Shown: positions 51,492 to 64,000 of the stretch, piece by piece
Numbering within the stretch: position 1 is the first letter of the stretch
Layout of the letters: each line of letters starts with the position of its first letter
From: Chrysomallon squamiferum
Lineage: Eukaryota > Animalia > Mollusca
NCBI GenBank assembly: GCA_012295275.1
Contig: CM022675.1
Coordinates: 14,694,001 to 14,758,000 of the forward strand
Length of the DNA stretch: 64,000 nucleotides
Direction: 5' to 3'
Notes under the pieces: generated by a model
What the model saw: the letters and a program-made list of their open reading frames with translations, nothing else
Databases searched by the model: none
What the model was told of the DNA's origin: nothing
Position numbers and translations under genes: made by a program

Positions 51492-52299
51492 CCGTATATA
51501 CTTGTGTATAAGTCGAATTTTGGGGAGACTATATTAAGGTAATATTTTGGGGGTCGACTTATACATAGGTAATGCTTTTGTAGCTGTTGCTGAAGAGTCG
51601 CCATTTTGACTATTTTTTGCTACGGGAGGCATCTAAAATAATCGTGGTCTTTCAGCTTTTCAAAAATATAATTTTATCGTATAAAAAGTTTTGAAAAATT
51701 TAATAACAAAACCAAATATGAATGTAAAACATGATATTCTTCCGTTTAATGACATAAAAATACATTTTAAAGCGAGAAAACCGTCAGTACGGCGTTATAC
51801 CTTACGGCGTCTTGCAATGATCTAGGAATGCAGACTTCTCTGCCAAATTGCACTAAATATCGGTCCTAATTTCATAAACAAAACTCACTTGTTTAATTGT
51901 AAAGAATTTGGTGAAATAATATTGCAATCGTCATTAATATTCACTACCGACAAATTTTGTAAATCATAGAACGGCTAAATATAACGGTAATTTGGTCTCC
52001 ATGTTAGACCTATTACATTAAAGAGATACTATTTATGATACATTTAGGCTATAGCTCATGTAATACATGCATTTACGTTATTATGGTATGTTCGTGCAAG
52101 TTACAGCACGTGCAAGTTATGTTACAGTAGGCGTACAATGTAGGCCTTCGTGGCACTGTCATACTGGTCTAAAAATAGTGACAGTGCCTGGAATCTACAG
52201 TTGACTTATACACAAGTAATACCTAAAATGACGCAATTTTTAGTCTTAAAATACACATCAACTTATACATAAGGTCGCCTTGTACACAAGTATATACGG
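51492..52299. mobile_element. Tc2/pogo-type MITE, copy 1
   Basis: TA|ccgtatatacttgtgta...tacacaagtatatacgg|TA. A closely similar copy lies at 61616-62434. Confidence 0.88.
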
Positions 52300-55007
52300 T
52301 ACTTGTATTGATTCAGGTTAAGTTGTATGTGAAAACAGTTATTTGTTTTAATATTGTCTTTGTGTGCCAAAAATTCTTAAAACACCCGAGAATAACTATT
52401 GTTCATCTTTAAAAAAAGAAAAAAAAGAACCATTTTTAATATTTTTACACTCATGCCATAATCTATATTTAATAAATATCATTAACTTTGCCAACAGCAT
52501 CTTTCCATTGAAAACCATATTGGACATTTGCTGTATTTTCTCCACATTGTTATCTGAAACGTGAATCTTTGAAAATTAATGTACCATTTCATTTATTTAA
52601 ATCTTCCTTTTTCTTTTTCCAGTTTTGTTGATATTATTAGAATCATAAATCTGAACAATGGCTAACTGTCGCTTGAGATCCAGCAACATACCTAGTGCCT
52701 TGTCAATAACCATCTTCTCTGATTTATTTGTTTTTAGCTCAAGAACAAATACATTTCCCAGTTTGAGGCCAGGTTTGAGAATGCAGATAAACTTGTGTTT
52801 CACATTACATTCGGCTGGTGAATCTGCTCACTGGTATGTATGGCTGTAGCAGAAAAGACAACAGCTTTGAGGCATTTACAGCAATACTGACCCTGCCGTC
52901 TGCTCCACATCTGAAACATTTGCTTCTCTCACTGGAAAAATAAAATATAGAATTTTAAAAATGCAGAAAATAATACAAATATCCTGCTGTTAGTTTCTAC
53001 TCTGAAATTTAAAGGAACAGAGATTCTATGCCCAAGTTACAGTTTTAATCTCCACATTACTTTTAACTTGCTATGACAAGAAATCTAAATTTAGCTTCCC
53101 AACTAAATTTTCAAAATGTTAATTTAAAATATCTGTTTAAATTTTATTTACCAATTTTTTTCATTAATATTTATCTGTGTAAGAAAACACCATAACAAGC
53201 TGTGTAATTATTATTTTCATTTGAAAGAGTACAATTAATATCACATTGTGATGAATATACTTACTGATAGACACACACAGACACATTATCAAATCTAGAG
53301 CATGTAAAATCTGTAGACATCTGCAGGTATACCAGTATCCTTAGCCTGATTTCCAAACACACCTACACCTCAACTTTTTTAAAAACTTGGTGTTTTCATT
53401 ATTGAGATATTCTAAAATGGCAAACGTTTTAACCCAGTGAGGCTTCAATACATAATAATCTGAATGCAACAAAATACTGTTGTCACTTCAGTATGGAATA
53501 TTCCATACTCAGGATTTCTGGTTTAAAATGTCAACCAATAAGATGCTCATAATTGGGCAACACATATAATTATTAATTAACTGACATAGCTACATTACAG
53601 AGTCATAGTTCTATCCCAACAATGTATGTCTGAAAAGTTAAAAATCAGTCTCCATGAAACAATGTTAATGGAAATTATTTCTTACTGTTAAACTCTTCTT
53701 CCCTAAAGTAGGATCAGGCATCTAAAAAAAACAATCCTGGAAGTAAATGAAGGTAATGGTGTATACTGATAACTAAAATTACCGAACAATTCTAGAAGTA
53801 AATGAGTGTAATGTTGTATTGAGATAACTAAGCAGTCCTTAAAGATGCAAAATTGTGGTCACTAAAGACACTAAAGAGGAAGATTAGAGAATTTACTGAA
53901 AAAACAATATCTGAGCCATCACATCAAAACATGCCTTAAGTTGCACATTGCTCACTAGATATTTACTGTCATGCACACATGAACACATATAAAACAAGTT
54001 ACAGCTACATCTAGGGATATTTTCTCAACACAATAAATTTTTATATTACAATTTATGTTTGAACCTGATCTTTAAATATTCAATTGCTTTAGCTTTATAA
54101 TATCTTTCATTTTAATCAAATAAAACACCAGTGTTAGTAGAAACCATTTGTACAGTTTACAGTAAATTATAACTTTGTAAAAAATGAATTATAATTATAA
54201 TTTGCATTATTCTTTTAATTTCAAAATATTTAACGATTTAAATATAAATCCTATGCGTTTCTAAATGAAATCAATATTGAATGCATTTTCATAATTTTAC
54301 TATACAGATAATTAATTACATATTTCAAAAATAAGGCAAGACCTGAAAACAAACCGTATATGACATTTCTGATATTGAACTGCAATTTTTTCTCACAAAA
54401 ACTAATTATTACTTCTTCCTGTCAGCTATTAAAAGCTTTGTTTTAAATAATTGTTTAAGCAGAGGTTAAAATAATATAAAATACAGATAATAGGAATATT
54501 CTTTGAAATAATTTTATCAACCTTTTTATACAGCTTATCAAACTATATATATTAATAAAATTTGCATATTAAAAACATCACACATAATGATATATATAGG
54601 TGATTACAAAAAATACTGATTCATTAGGTCAGTAACATGAGTCCATAAGTCATAACTTTAATATACAGTTTGACAAAATTTAACATTCCAAAACTGATTA
54701 ATGATAGAGTTGTCCATACCAAGTTGTATGCATCATTTTCTTCTTTATAATTTTCTGTCATGACTTGTATAGCAGTCATTTGCATATTATTCTTCAAGTA
54801 AGACCTTGAAAGAATGTAACATTTAAACATTAGTGGGACATTTAACAAAACGTTTAATTAAGTAGGCTATAATACATTTTCATTTGTTCCATTAGCAAGT
54901 AATATTTTATGTGTACTTTCCATAACATAAAAACAGCTACCAGATCTGTCTTCACTAACCAGTTATAAGCCTGGTTAACATAGGAATTTAACTTTATTTT
55001 TGTGGAG

Positions 55008-55070
<63 letters not shown>

Positions 55071-56059
55071 GACAGACAGACAAAGGAGAGGGAGTGAAAG
55101 AAACAGACTGAAGAAATACCATAAAAACCATTGTTTCTGCTGATAAAAATATCTCGATTCTTGTCTAGTTTAGTCTTGATACAAAATACTTAAACTAATG
55201 AAGAATGGTTTAAGAAAGTTGTTATCTCAGCATATACCTAACATACTCCTGTTATCTCAACATATACATACCATGTACTACTCCTGTTTCCTCAACATAG
55301 ACATAACATGTACTCTGTTTACTGCAACATAATTAGACATAACATGTACTCCTGTTATCTGAACATTCCTTTAACTGAACATCTATACCAAAATAAAATT
55401 CATTACTCACATTTGAGGTTTGTAATTGTTTAAAACATGACTTCCTGAGTCACTGAACTGAAATTAGACATAACAATATTTATGAGTTACTTATTGATTT
55501 AGATCTGGTCAATGAACATTACATAATTTTTGAATATCAAACATTTTACACAAGCTCAACTTACACTGATTTCCAGTAAGAAACAGAACATCCATTTTAT
55601 TTGTTGTTGTTGCTGTGTTTCTTCAGAAGAAAGATCAATTCAATCAGTTATGTCAGAAAGGCATATTTTACTGTAATTAATTTTAAGAAATGAAAGTGCA
55701 ACATTATCACAGATGTATAATATTTTTTATCAAACAAAAAGATATTTTATATAGTGATGAAGTTTTGTTATTGATTAGTGAACACACTAAGTTAACTGAG
55801 ATATGTATATATACACATACATTTTCTTATTCAAATGTGTAAGGACAATTATCATTAAGCTAAATACTACTAGAATTATTTAATTGTTATGATATTCTTA
55901 AAATTTTACATTTCTTTTATAATGACAACATAAATAAATGTTGATTATTAAAGTCACCGTCCTGCCAAACAGATTTTGGAGTCTTTATAATTTACATGCC
56001 TAATTGAAAAATAATTAAATATCAACAAATGAATTAAATATAAAATAAAACATGCTTAA

Positions 56060-56827
56060 CTTTGGTAGATCTAAAAACATATGGTGTGAAGAGATAATGA
56101 CGCAATTTTCATTTTGGGTTCTTCACTTCAGCAGTGTGGATGAGTTACAGGCATCACTCTGGTCACCTCTTACTTTGTCATGTCAACACACTGGACACTC
56201 ACAATGGATGAGTTACATGCATCACTCTGGTCACCTCTTACTTTGTCATGTCAACACACTGGACACTCACAGTGGATGAGTTACATGCATCACTCTGGTC
56301 ACCTCTTACTTTGTCATGTCAACACACTGGACACTCACAGTGGATGAGTTACATGCATCACTCGGTCACCTCTTACTTTGTCATGTCAACACACTGGACA
56401 CTCACAATGGATGAGTTACATGCATCACTCTGGTCACCTCTTTGTCATGTCAACACACTGGACACTCACAATGGATGAGTTACATGCATCACTCTGGTCA
56501 CCTCTTTGTCATGTCAACACACTGGACACTCACAATGGATGAGTTACATGCATCACTCTGGTCACCTCTTTGTCATGTCAACACACTGGACACTCACAGT
56601 GGATGAGTTACATGCATCACTCTGGTCAGCTCTTACTTTGTCATGCCAACACACTGGACTCTCACAATGGATGAGTTACAGGCATCACTCTGGTCACCTC
56701 TTACTTTGTCATGTCAACACACTGGACATTCACAGTGGATGAGTTACATGCATCACTCTGGTCACCTCTTACTTTATCATGCCAACACACTGGACATTCA
56801 CGATGGACAAAATGGTCAGCCATAAAT
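56060..56827 (-). pseudogene. MARS1: MetRS Zn-knuckle exon relic containing a minisatellite expansion
   Basis: FMADHFVHRECPVCWHDKVRGDQSDAC ... KLIHTAEVKNPK* ... IISSHHMFLDLPK (MetRS: SSQHLFLDLPK). Both splice sites are mutated. Confidence 0.85.
56138..56804. repeat. Minisatellite, 10 x 64-68 bp
   Basis: Unit ggatgagttacatgcatcactctggtcacctcttactttgtcatgtcaacacactggacactcacaat starts at 56138, 56206, 56274, 56342, 56409, 56473, 56537, 56601, 56669 and 56737. Confidence 0.95.
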
Positions 56828-57146
56828 GTAGACAATAATAATAATAATAATAATAGTAGTAATAGTAATAATTTTAGGTATCACACTAGTAATTAATATA
56901 TAATAATAAAAAATATATTATTAACATTCAAAAACAAGAATGATATTAATAACATTGTGATGTTAATTATCTTAATCAAAAAAGAAAAATTGATTAAATA
57001 ATTGAAAATAGCTAATTTTCTTCTTTTCTTTTTCAATTTCCATTCCACTATATAATGTCTAAACAAGTGAACTTAATTTTATTTACTAGGCTGGACATGT
57101 AAAGAATTAAAGTAACATAACAATAGTATTTTTGAATTCATATTAT

Positions 57147-57236
57147 CTGTTGCATTTTTCACAGAGAAGCTGATCAACAGTATCCTTCAGAACATATCCT
57201 TGATTGTACAACTTCCAGAATATATCCTGAGCAATC
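57147..57236 (-). pseudogene. MARS1: MetRS exon relic preceding the Zn knuckle
   Basis: 90-bp phase-2/2 exon reading IAQDIFWKLYNQGYVLKDTVDQLLCEKCN(R), versus MetRS [30 protein letters not shown]. Acceptor intact; donor changed GT>AT. Confidence 0.88.
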
Positions 57237-57959
57237 CTTCAAAACAAAGATAAATCAGATATAAAATTAAGAGAATTTCAAAAAAGTTTAATGTCTTGTA
57301 ACAGAAATTTTACAGAACATATTACTGTTTATTTGTAAGGAAATGAAGAAAAGTTTGATTACGTTGTTTGTTCTCATAATACTGACACTTAGGCAGCTGT
57401 TCTCTTTTCTGATAAAACTGATAAACAAAGTGTTTTGTAAAATCATAGGACTTTTCTTAAGGTAACCTATTTATAACTATAATTTATATTTACAAGACAA
57501 AGAAGGCCTATAATCAAATGCTTTTTATATGTAAGTGAAAGATAGACTGAAAAAATAAATTAAATAGAAACAAAGAGAGAAAAATGTATTGGACTAATTT
57601 ATGAACATTCTTATTAAGTACAATTATTAAACAAAATGATTAAACAATGATATATAACAGAATAATATAGATCTAGGCATATACCCCACAAGAAAAAACA
57701 TTAACATAAAATTCCAAATTTTCAAAAAACATTATTGATCATTTTAAATCCTAGTACCAAAACATTAAAAAATAAATAAATAAATAAAACAGACATCATG
57801 ATGAGGACAGATGGAATTACTAAGTTTAATTATTCATATTTCCACTACAAGTTCAAACACTAAAATATTATCTATAATCAAATTCCTCCATTTTGCCTTG
57901 GGCTATTGGAGATAATCATGCTTTATCAAACACACTCATTTTCTGTCTATTGAAACAGT

Positions 57960-59530
57960 CACAGACAACAGCAGCACAGGGGACACAAAGAACACACAGA
58001 GAACACAGATACAATACATACATTACACAAACCACTCAGGACAAGGCTCATGAAACATTGCACCACTCTAATACACAACTAGAACATGTGGAGGCCATAT
58101 GGCCAGTACTTACATAATACATCCACTAGTTCTGTTTACTACTAGGGTATTGTCTGTGATCTGGCGACAGCAGGTCTGACCATCTTAGAAAATATGCTGT
58201 CAGGGTTGCTGTGGAAATATCACTTGTAGGTATTTGGTACTGCCTTGTACCCCGAAGCGATATTCTAAATTGTAATAAATAGAGAGAATTTAGAGTGAAA
58301 CATGGGGAGAGACATCAGCAATCAAAACAACAGACAACAGGACAAGTCAGAGAAAACCTCACCACACCACAATGTGCACCAAACATACCATATAGCAAAT
58401 TCCCAACACGTAACATGTGCAGTAGCCACCACTCTGTGCAGTGGTGAGTCTTCTGTGTTCTGTTTGTGCTGTGTAAGTGGTACATGTTGTTTGGTGCCTG
58501 TGTGGGGTGCACAAGATAGATCAAGACAACAAACCAGACATACATCACAGACAGCACATCATACATAACATAATATACATCACACACAAACACAACATAC
58601 TCACATAACACATCACACTGGACATGAAACACAAACATGCAGCTCAAAAAACATATGCAATAAGCACAAAACACATATATAGGACAAATCACACAAAAGT
58701 CATAGCAGGGACACATACCACATCACACAAACATGTGACAAGAAAAATACACAATACGTTCATTACTCTTCATACAGAGGAAATCACATAAAATATCACA
58801 GCACAGAGATAAAGCAACCACCTTAAACAAAACACTCATAAAAAAGCACATGTACAGTATACAGACAATATACACCACATAGAACACAATACCTATGCAC
58901 ACTACACAGCTAACAGAAGTGACACACACACACAGTACACACCAAAGTAGATATTGCATCATATCACTACACACACCACAACATGCAACACAACATGCGC
59001 CAGACTGTACACACCTGTAAAACCACAAAGAGGGCACCAAACAAACACACAACACAACAAACTGGAGCATTTGAAATGAAACACAAAACATGGAACACAT
59101 CACATGAAAGAAAACTCATACACTCACAACATAACACAAAACAGACACATACACAATGGAACACACAACACAAAACTGACACATACACAATGGAGCACAC
59201 ATAACACAAAACAGACACATACACAATGGAGCACACATAACATTAAGTACAAGATACCACATGATAAAAAGCAAACATGCACAACACCATACACAAAACA
59301 AACACACTGTCAACACATGTATACGAGACACAACTACACACACCATACAGGACTAGGGTCATGATTATACAACACACACCAGAACACACATCACACATCA
59401 TACAAAACACAAACAGGAACTAAATAACACAAAACACATACACACCACATTGGACACAAAACACTGAAAAAAACACAGTGCAGATCTCAAAACAAAGACA
59501 TACACACCAGCGGAAACAAAACACAGACAT
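57960..59530. repeat. CA-rich low-complexity tract (decayed microsatellite)
   Basis: Dense acac/caca/acaa words with internal ~33-bp repeats at ~59130-59240. Confidence 0.8.
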
Positions 59531-59910
59531 TATCTGTAAATATTTAAAGGTAAAGTTATTTACCTGATTTTGTGGGCATCTGTCTGTCTTCAGCTAAATT
59601 TTTGAAATAAGAAAAAGGATTTAAATGTGAACAGTCTTCATCAATTACTTCTTCTAATTGTTCTACTATGACTGCTAGTACAGAGGCAGAAACTGTTTCT
59701 ATAATTACTTGTATCAGTTACAGTTGGAAAAACAATTACTAGGACAACTTCTACAAAGATTGTTAATCTTTAACATTTCAGAGACAGGACCTTCATTCAA
59801 CACTGGTCGATATATATATGTAGACTTTTTTTAATATGATTTTAAGGAATGCCCCTCTTCATCCTCATTTTGGAATTATTCAGATCTGTCAGTTTTCCAT
59901 GTAATATGCT

Positions 59911-60168
59911 CAGTGGTTTTTGCAGAGGTCTGGTGATGCCCGGGGCCATCTCCTTGATTGTATGGCCCAAAGACTCAAGTATTAGGACCACTACTGAGAA
60001 ATATTATAAGGAAGATATTTTGAATATGTAAACACAGATGAAAATTAAATAAATACTTTATTTGATTTAAATATAAATCAACCAAATGTATTAAGTTCTT
60101 TTCTGTCTGGATTCCCCACATTTCGATGCCTGGGGCCCCCTTTGGCCCCACCCGTCTGCATGCCACTG
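59911..60168. mobile_element. hAT-type MITE
   Basis: Ends cagtggtttttgcag / ctgcatgccactg with a degenerate 8-bp TSD aatatgct/aatgcact. Confidence 0.6.
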
Positions 60169-60748
60169 AATGCACTCCATTATAAAAAAAATTCTCAGTT
60201 TCAACCGATCAAAACACATCAACCACACATGTCACAAAGATTCATCCAAAGTTAACATTTCAGCTACAAACTAAAATATTTCATCCTGGTTTGCAGAAGA
60301 GTGTTGGGGTGAATTAAATTCAGTGAAAATAGCTTTTCAGCCCAGCTCATCCGTTTGTTTTCATCACTTCTTGTAGGTCTGACCCTGCAACATGACACTA
60401 TTTATATCATAACCAGATGCGAACCGTAGCGACAGTATCATTTTTGAAACTTTGATCCACAACTCAAGACAAGCTAATCCTATCAGGATATGTAACAAAA
60501 CATTATCATCTTCTTCAGTGTGTTTGTGTTTGGTGGGAGAGCTGCTCACATTACCTACTCAGAAACACTAGATTTTTCCACTATTCTTCCAGGCATTTTC
60601 GTTTCTGTTGTTATCTTTGTACGTTAACAAATAACAACATAAAGTACTGGTAACCTCTGAACACAATGTACGAGTATGATGCAGTTAGGAAGCTGCAGTT
60701 GAAATCAATGGTTTCTAAAAAACATCACAAGCATCGCTAGCATCACTC

Positions 60749-60969
60749 GCATTGCACGTGACCAGTTAGGTTACAGCTTAAATAACACCTGTAGATATAC
60801 ACTGACTGCATTGCACGTGCCCAGTTAGGTTACAGCTTAAATAACACCTGTAGATATACACTGACTGCATTGCACGTGCCCAGTTAGGTTACAGCTTAAA
60901 TAACACCTGTAGATATCATACACTGATTGCACTGTATTTGCCCAGTTAGGTTACAGCTTAAATAACACC
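60749..60969. repeat. ~3.7 x 59-bp tandem repeat
   Basis: Unit gcattgcacgtgcccagttaggttacagcttaaataacacctgtagatatacactgact at 60749, 60808, 60867 and 60929. Confidence 0.92.
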
Positions 60970-61172
60970 ATGTTGTCAGTCTTAAATACAGGTCACGTCA
61001 TCTGGTTGTGCTGCATTTACAAAACAAGAACTGTTTACTGTTGCTTTTCAACAGTTTTTTATCCTGCTTATTGCAAAGTGGATGGGGGGGGGTTGATAGT
61101 ACCCTGTATAATGATATCTCAGTCTAATTCTCCTGAATACAACAATTTGAAAATCAAAGGCTATAGAAAATT

Positions 61173-61219
<47 letters not shown>

Positions 61220-61615
61220 AGATTGTAAACTGTCTCTGTGTACAATGACTGAAGACAAAAATGTTCATGTTTGTGTTTGTATGTATGCAAAAGAGAGAAC
61301 TCTGCTTTGTCACTCTGCATTACCACTGACATACAAACCCCGCCTTTGTGTCTGTGTTGTATATTTAATTTTTAACGCTGGATTATGCATTGCAGTTTGT
61401 TGTTTTCATATGTTAGTAACTAGTATTTACAATTTGTGAATAGCACTAAAAACAATAGTTTATCATTGTAAGTTCTCTCTTTCTTGTATTAAGGTAAAGA
61501 TTATGTGTTAAGTTTAAGTTCTGAAGAAACATTGTAAATTTATGATAGTGATGATTATTGTTAAATCAAAACCTTTATAGAAACAAATTACCTGCAATAC
61601 ACAAAAAATAATGTA

Positions 61616-62434
61616 CCATATATACTTGTGTGTAAGTCGAATTTTTGGGAGACTATATTAAGGTAATATTTTGGGGGTCGACTTATACATAGGTAATGCT
61701 TTTGTAGCTGTTGCCAAAGAGTCGCCATTTTGACTATTTTTTGCTACGGGAGGCATCTAAAATAATCACGGTCTTTCAGCTTTTCAAAAATATAATTTTA
61801 TCGTATAAAAAATTTGAAAAAAAATAAAACCAAATATGAAGGTAAAACATGATATTCTTCCGTTTAATGACATAAAAATACATTTTAAAGCGAGAAAACC
61901 GACAGTATGGCGTTATGCCTTACGGCGTCTTGCAGTGATCTAGGAATGCAGACTTCTCTGCCAAATTGCACTAAATATCGGTCCTAATTTCATAAACAAA
62001 ACTCACTTGTTTAATTGTAAAGAATTTGGTGAAATAATATTGCAATTGTCATTAATATTCACTACCGACAAATTTTGTAAATCATAGAACGGTTAAATAT
62101 AACGGTAAGTTAGGTCTCCATGTTAGACCTATTACATTAAAGAGATACTATTTATGATACATTTAGGCTATAGCTCATGTAATACATGCATTTACGTTAT
62201 TATGGTATGTTCGTGCAAGTTACAGCTCGTGCAAGTTACAGCTCGTGCAAGTTATGTTACAGTAAGCGTACAATGTAGGCCTTCATGGCACTGTCACACT
62301 GGTCTAAAAATAGTGACGGTGCCTGGAATCTACATTCGACTTATACACAAGTAATACCTAAAATGACGCAATTTTTGGTCTTAAAATACACATCGACTTA
62401 TACATAAGGTCTACGTGTACACAAGTATATACGG
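61616..62434. mobile_element. Tc2/pogo-type MITE, copy 2
   Basis: Same TIRs, TA TSD and interior as 51492-52299, in the same orientation. Confidence 0.88.
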
Positions 62435-62864
62435 TAATTAGTTTTCGTGAAATCATGTCTGCATGTGGTTTCAAAAAACAACAATTTCTAATGGTATTTA
62501 TGAATATACTTTGTCTACTCGTATCATTGTCACTTTACTTTCACACTGCTGACGTTTGTATCTGTGTCACTCACTACAGTCACATGGTCTTTGACATTTC
62601 ATCTTACTGCACTATTCGTAACATTCTGAGTTTAGCTATGCTATTAACATTTTAATGTACTGAATTGATTTTGACTATGGCTACATCCCTAACTGTATTA
62701 CTTATCCCTAACCCGTTACCCAGATAAAAAATGGTATGATTCCACATTGTTGTGTATTGTATGTCTACCGGCAGTAAATAAATGAAAGAAAGGCTTATAA
62801 TTATTTATACATATTATTCCATCCACATAACTTGATCACTTAAGTTTCAGTAGATAGCCCACAG

Positions 62865-63144
62865 CACAGATTTTCAACCTGGGGGTCGCCAGTCTTTTTC
62901 TGGGGGTCACGAGATCGTTCTTGAGCGAGATATGTTTTAGCATTTTTCAACTTGACTTGGAAGGAGGAATAAATAAAAACGTGTAGATAGGTTTGGGACC
63001 AGTCATAGTGAATATAGATTCCTTTTGTACTGTCTTTGAAAATATGGTAACCCTAGATATTATTGAATAATTTTTTTTAAAGGGGGTCATCAGTCATAGT
63101 GAGTTGCTCATAAAGGGTCACATGAAAAACATTGAAAACTAGTG
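62865..63144. mobile_element. Old hAT MITE
   Basis: Ends cacagattttcaac / ttgaaaactagtg, ggggtc subterminal motifs and a degenerate TSD. Confidence 0.55.
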
Positions 63145-63149
63145 ACCTA

Positions 63150-63290
63150 CAACATCTAAGAACTGAAGGGTCATCTTGACTCTGCTGCAGTTGATGCAGA
63201 TTGTTGTTGGTGTGTGGCCCATTGGTCTCATGATGGTTCCAGAGCAGCAGAGGGAAGTGAGCATCATCATCAATCCATAGCACATAAGAG
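63150..63290 (-). mobile_element. MULE transposase fragment
   Basis: WIDDDAHFPLLLWNHHETNGPHTNNNL (MULE WNH..PRTNN motif). Confidence 0.65.
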
Positions 63291-63470
63291 GTGTTAACTT
63301 TCAAGTGCTAACGAACCTATTAAAATACAGCTCATTTCTTGTCTAGGGATTGTGCCTTTGGTGGACCCACTGACTGTAATTAACAAACTGTGATGATTGA
63401 TTATAATATATATATATATATTTTGCATATACTACAGATATAAACTATATATAATATCAAGTATCTAATG
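63281..63470 (-). mobile_element. LTR fragment, inverted homolog of 37050-37235
   Basis: agaggtgttaactttcaagtgctaac..ttggtggacc..ctgactgt is the reverse complement of the LTR end upstream of the Gmr1-like PBS. Confidence 0.6.
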
Positions 63471-64000
63471 TGAACACCAAAACAAAAGACAATATTTATA
63501 TTACAAAGATAATTATTTATTTTGACACATGTATAGTTATTATTTAGTGGTTGAGGACTTGGGAGTTGGCATTAAATGAAATACTATAATTCTTAATTCT
63601 TTTAATTTTCCCTAACAGGTTATGTTAGAAACAAATATATAACTCAAACACTCTATGGAGCATGAACAGGTTGCATCAAATTGATCAACAAATCAAACAA
63701 AAACAGGATAACCATGTGTCCCTACTTCCAACGTAAACAAAGATATGCAAAATATATTTACCAGCGTAATTGGCTAATAATAGCTGCAAACTCCTCAGTC
63801 ACACCCGTGTCTTTCTCCTCTCTCTTCTGTCTTGTCTCCCTGGACTCTTTTGTCTTAATTAAATAAACACATCACAGACTTCCCTGAAGTCATCAGAGCG
63901 AAGCTGAGAAAAATTCCTTTTGTCTCTCACTAATGATTGATAATTGTTAGATGATTTCAGTAATTGGATTACTGTTAACTAACAGTAGATATTTAATTAA

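Noticed and set aside
56138-56804. CRISPR-like array
   Set aside because: Units are contiguous with no unique spacers, no cas genes are present, the context is eukaryotic, and the unit derives from a MetRS exon.
56052-56896. Plus-strand repetitive ORFs (LHASLWSPLTLSCQHTGHSQW)
   Set aside because: These are antisense readings of the minisatellite; the meaningful frame is MetRS on the minus strand.
57893-59364. Cys/Val-rich and His/Thr-rich ORFs
   Set aside because: Translation artefacts of CA/TG low-complexity DNA.

Overview
AT-rich eukaryotic (invertebrate-like) genomic DNA with no intact protein-coding gene that I can support. Most of the window is a nested graveyard of decayed elements: four hAT elements, mariner, rosa-type Tc1, two Tigger/pogo, Sola2, AcademX-like, two MULEs, Gypsy including a Gmr1-like element, MITEs and a solo LTR. 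Three things stand out. (1) An endogenous CRESS-DNA virus Rep (9590-10371) sits directly behind a CAGTATTAC origin nonanucleotide. (2) Five minus-strand exon relics of cytoplasmic methionyl-tRNA synthetase occur in two clusters about 55 kb apart, and one Zn-knuckle exon has expanded into a 10-copy ~68-bp minisatellite. (3) Of the 18 coding TE/viral relics I could orient between 3.3 and 49.7 kb, 17 are on the + strand, opposite to the minus-strand exon relics. That layout resembles a flamenco-like uni-strand piRNA cluster, with a candidate promoter (MYB/E-box-containing 59-bp repeats) at ~60.7-61.0 kb. All family assignments come from motifs read by eye; no database searches were run.
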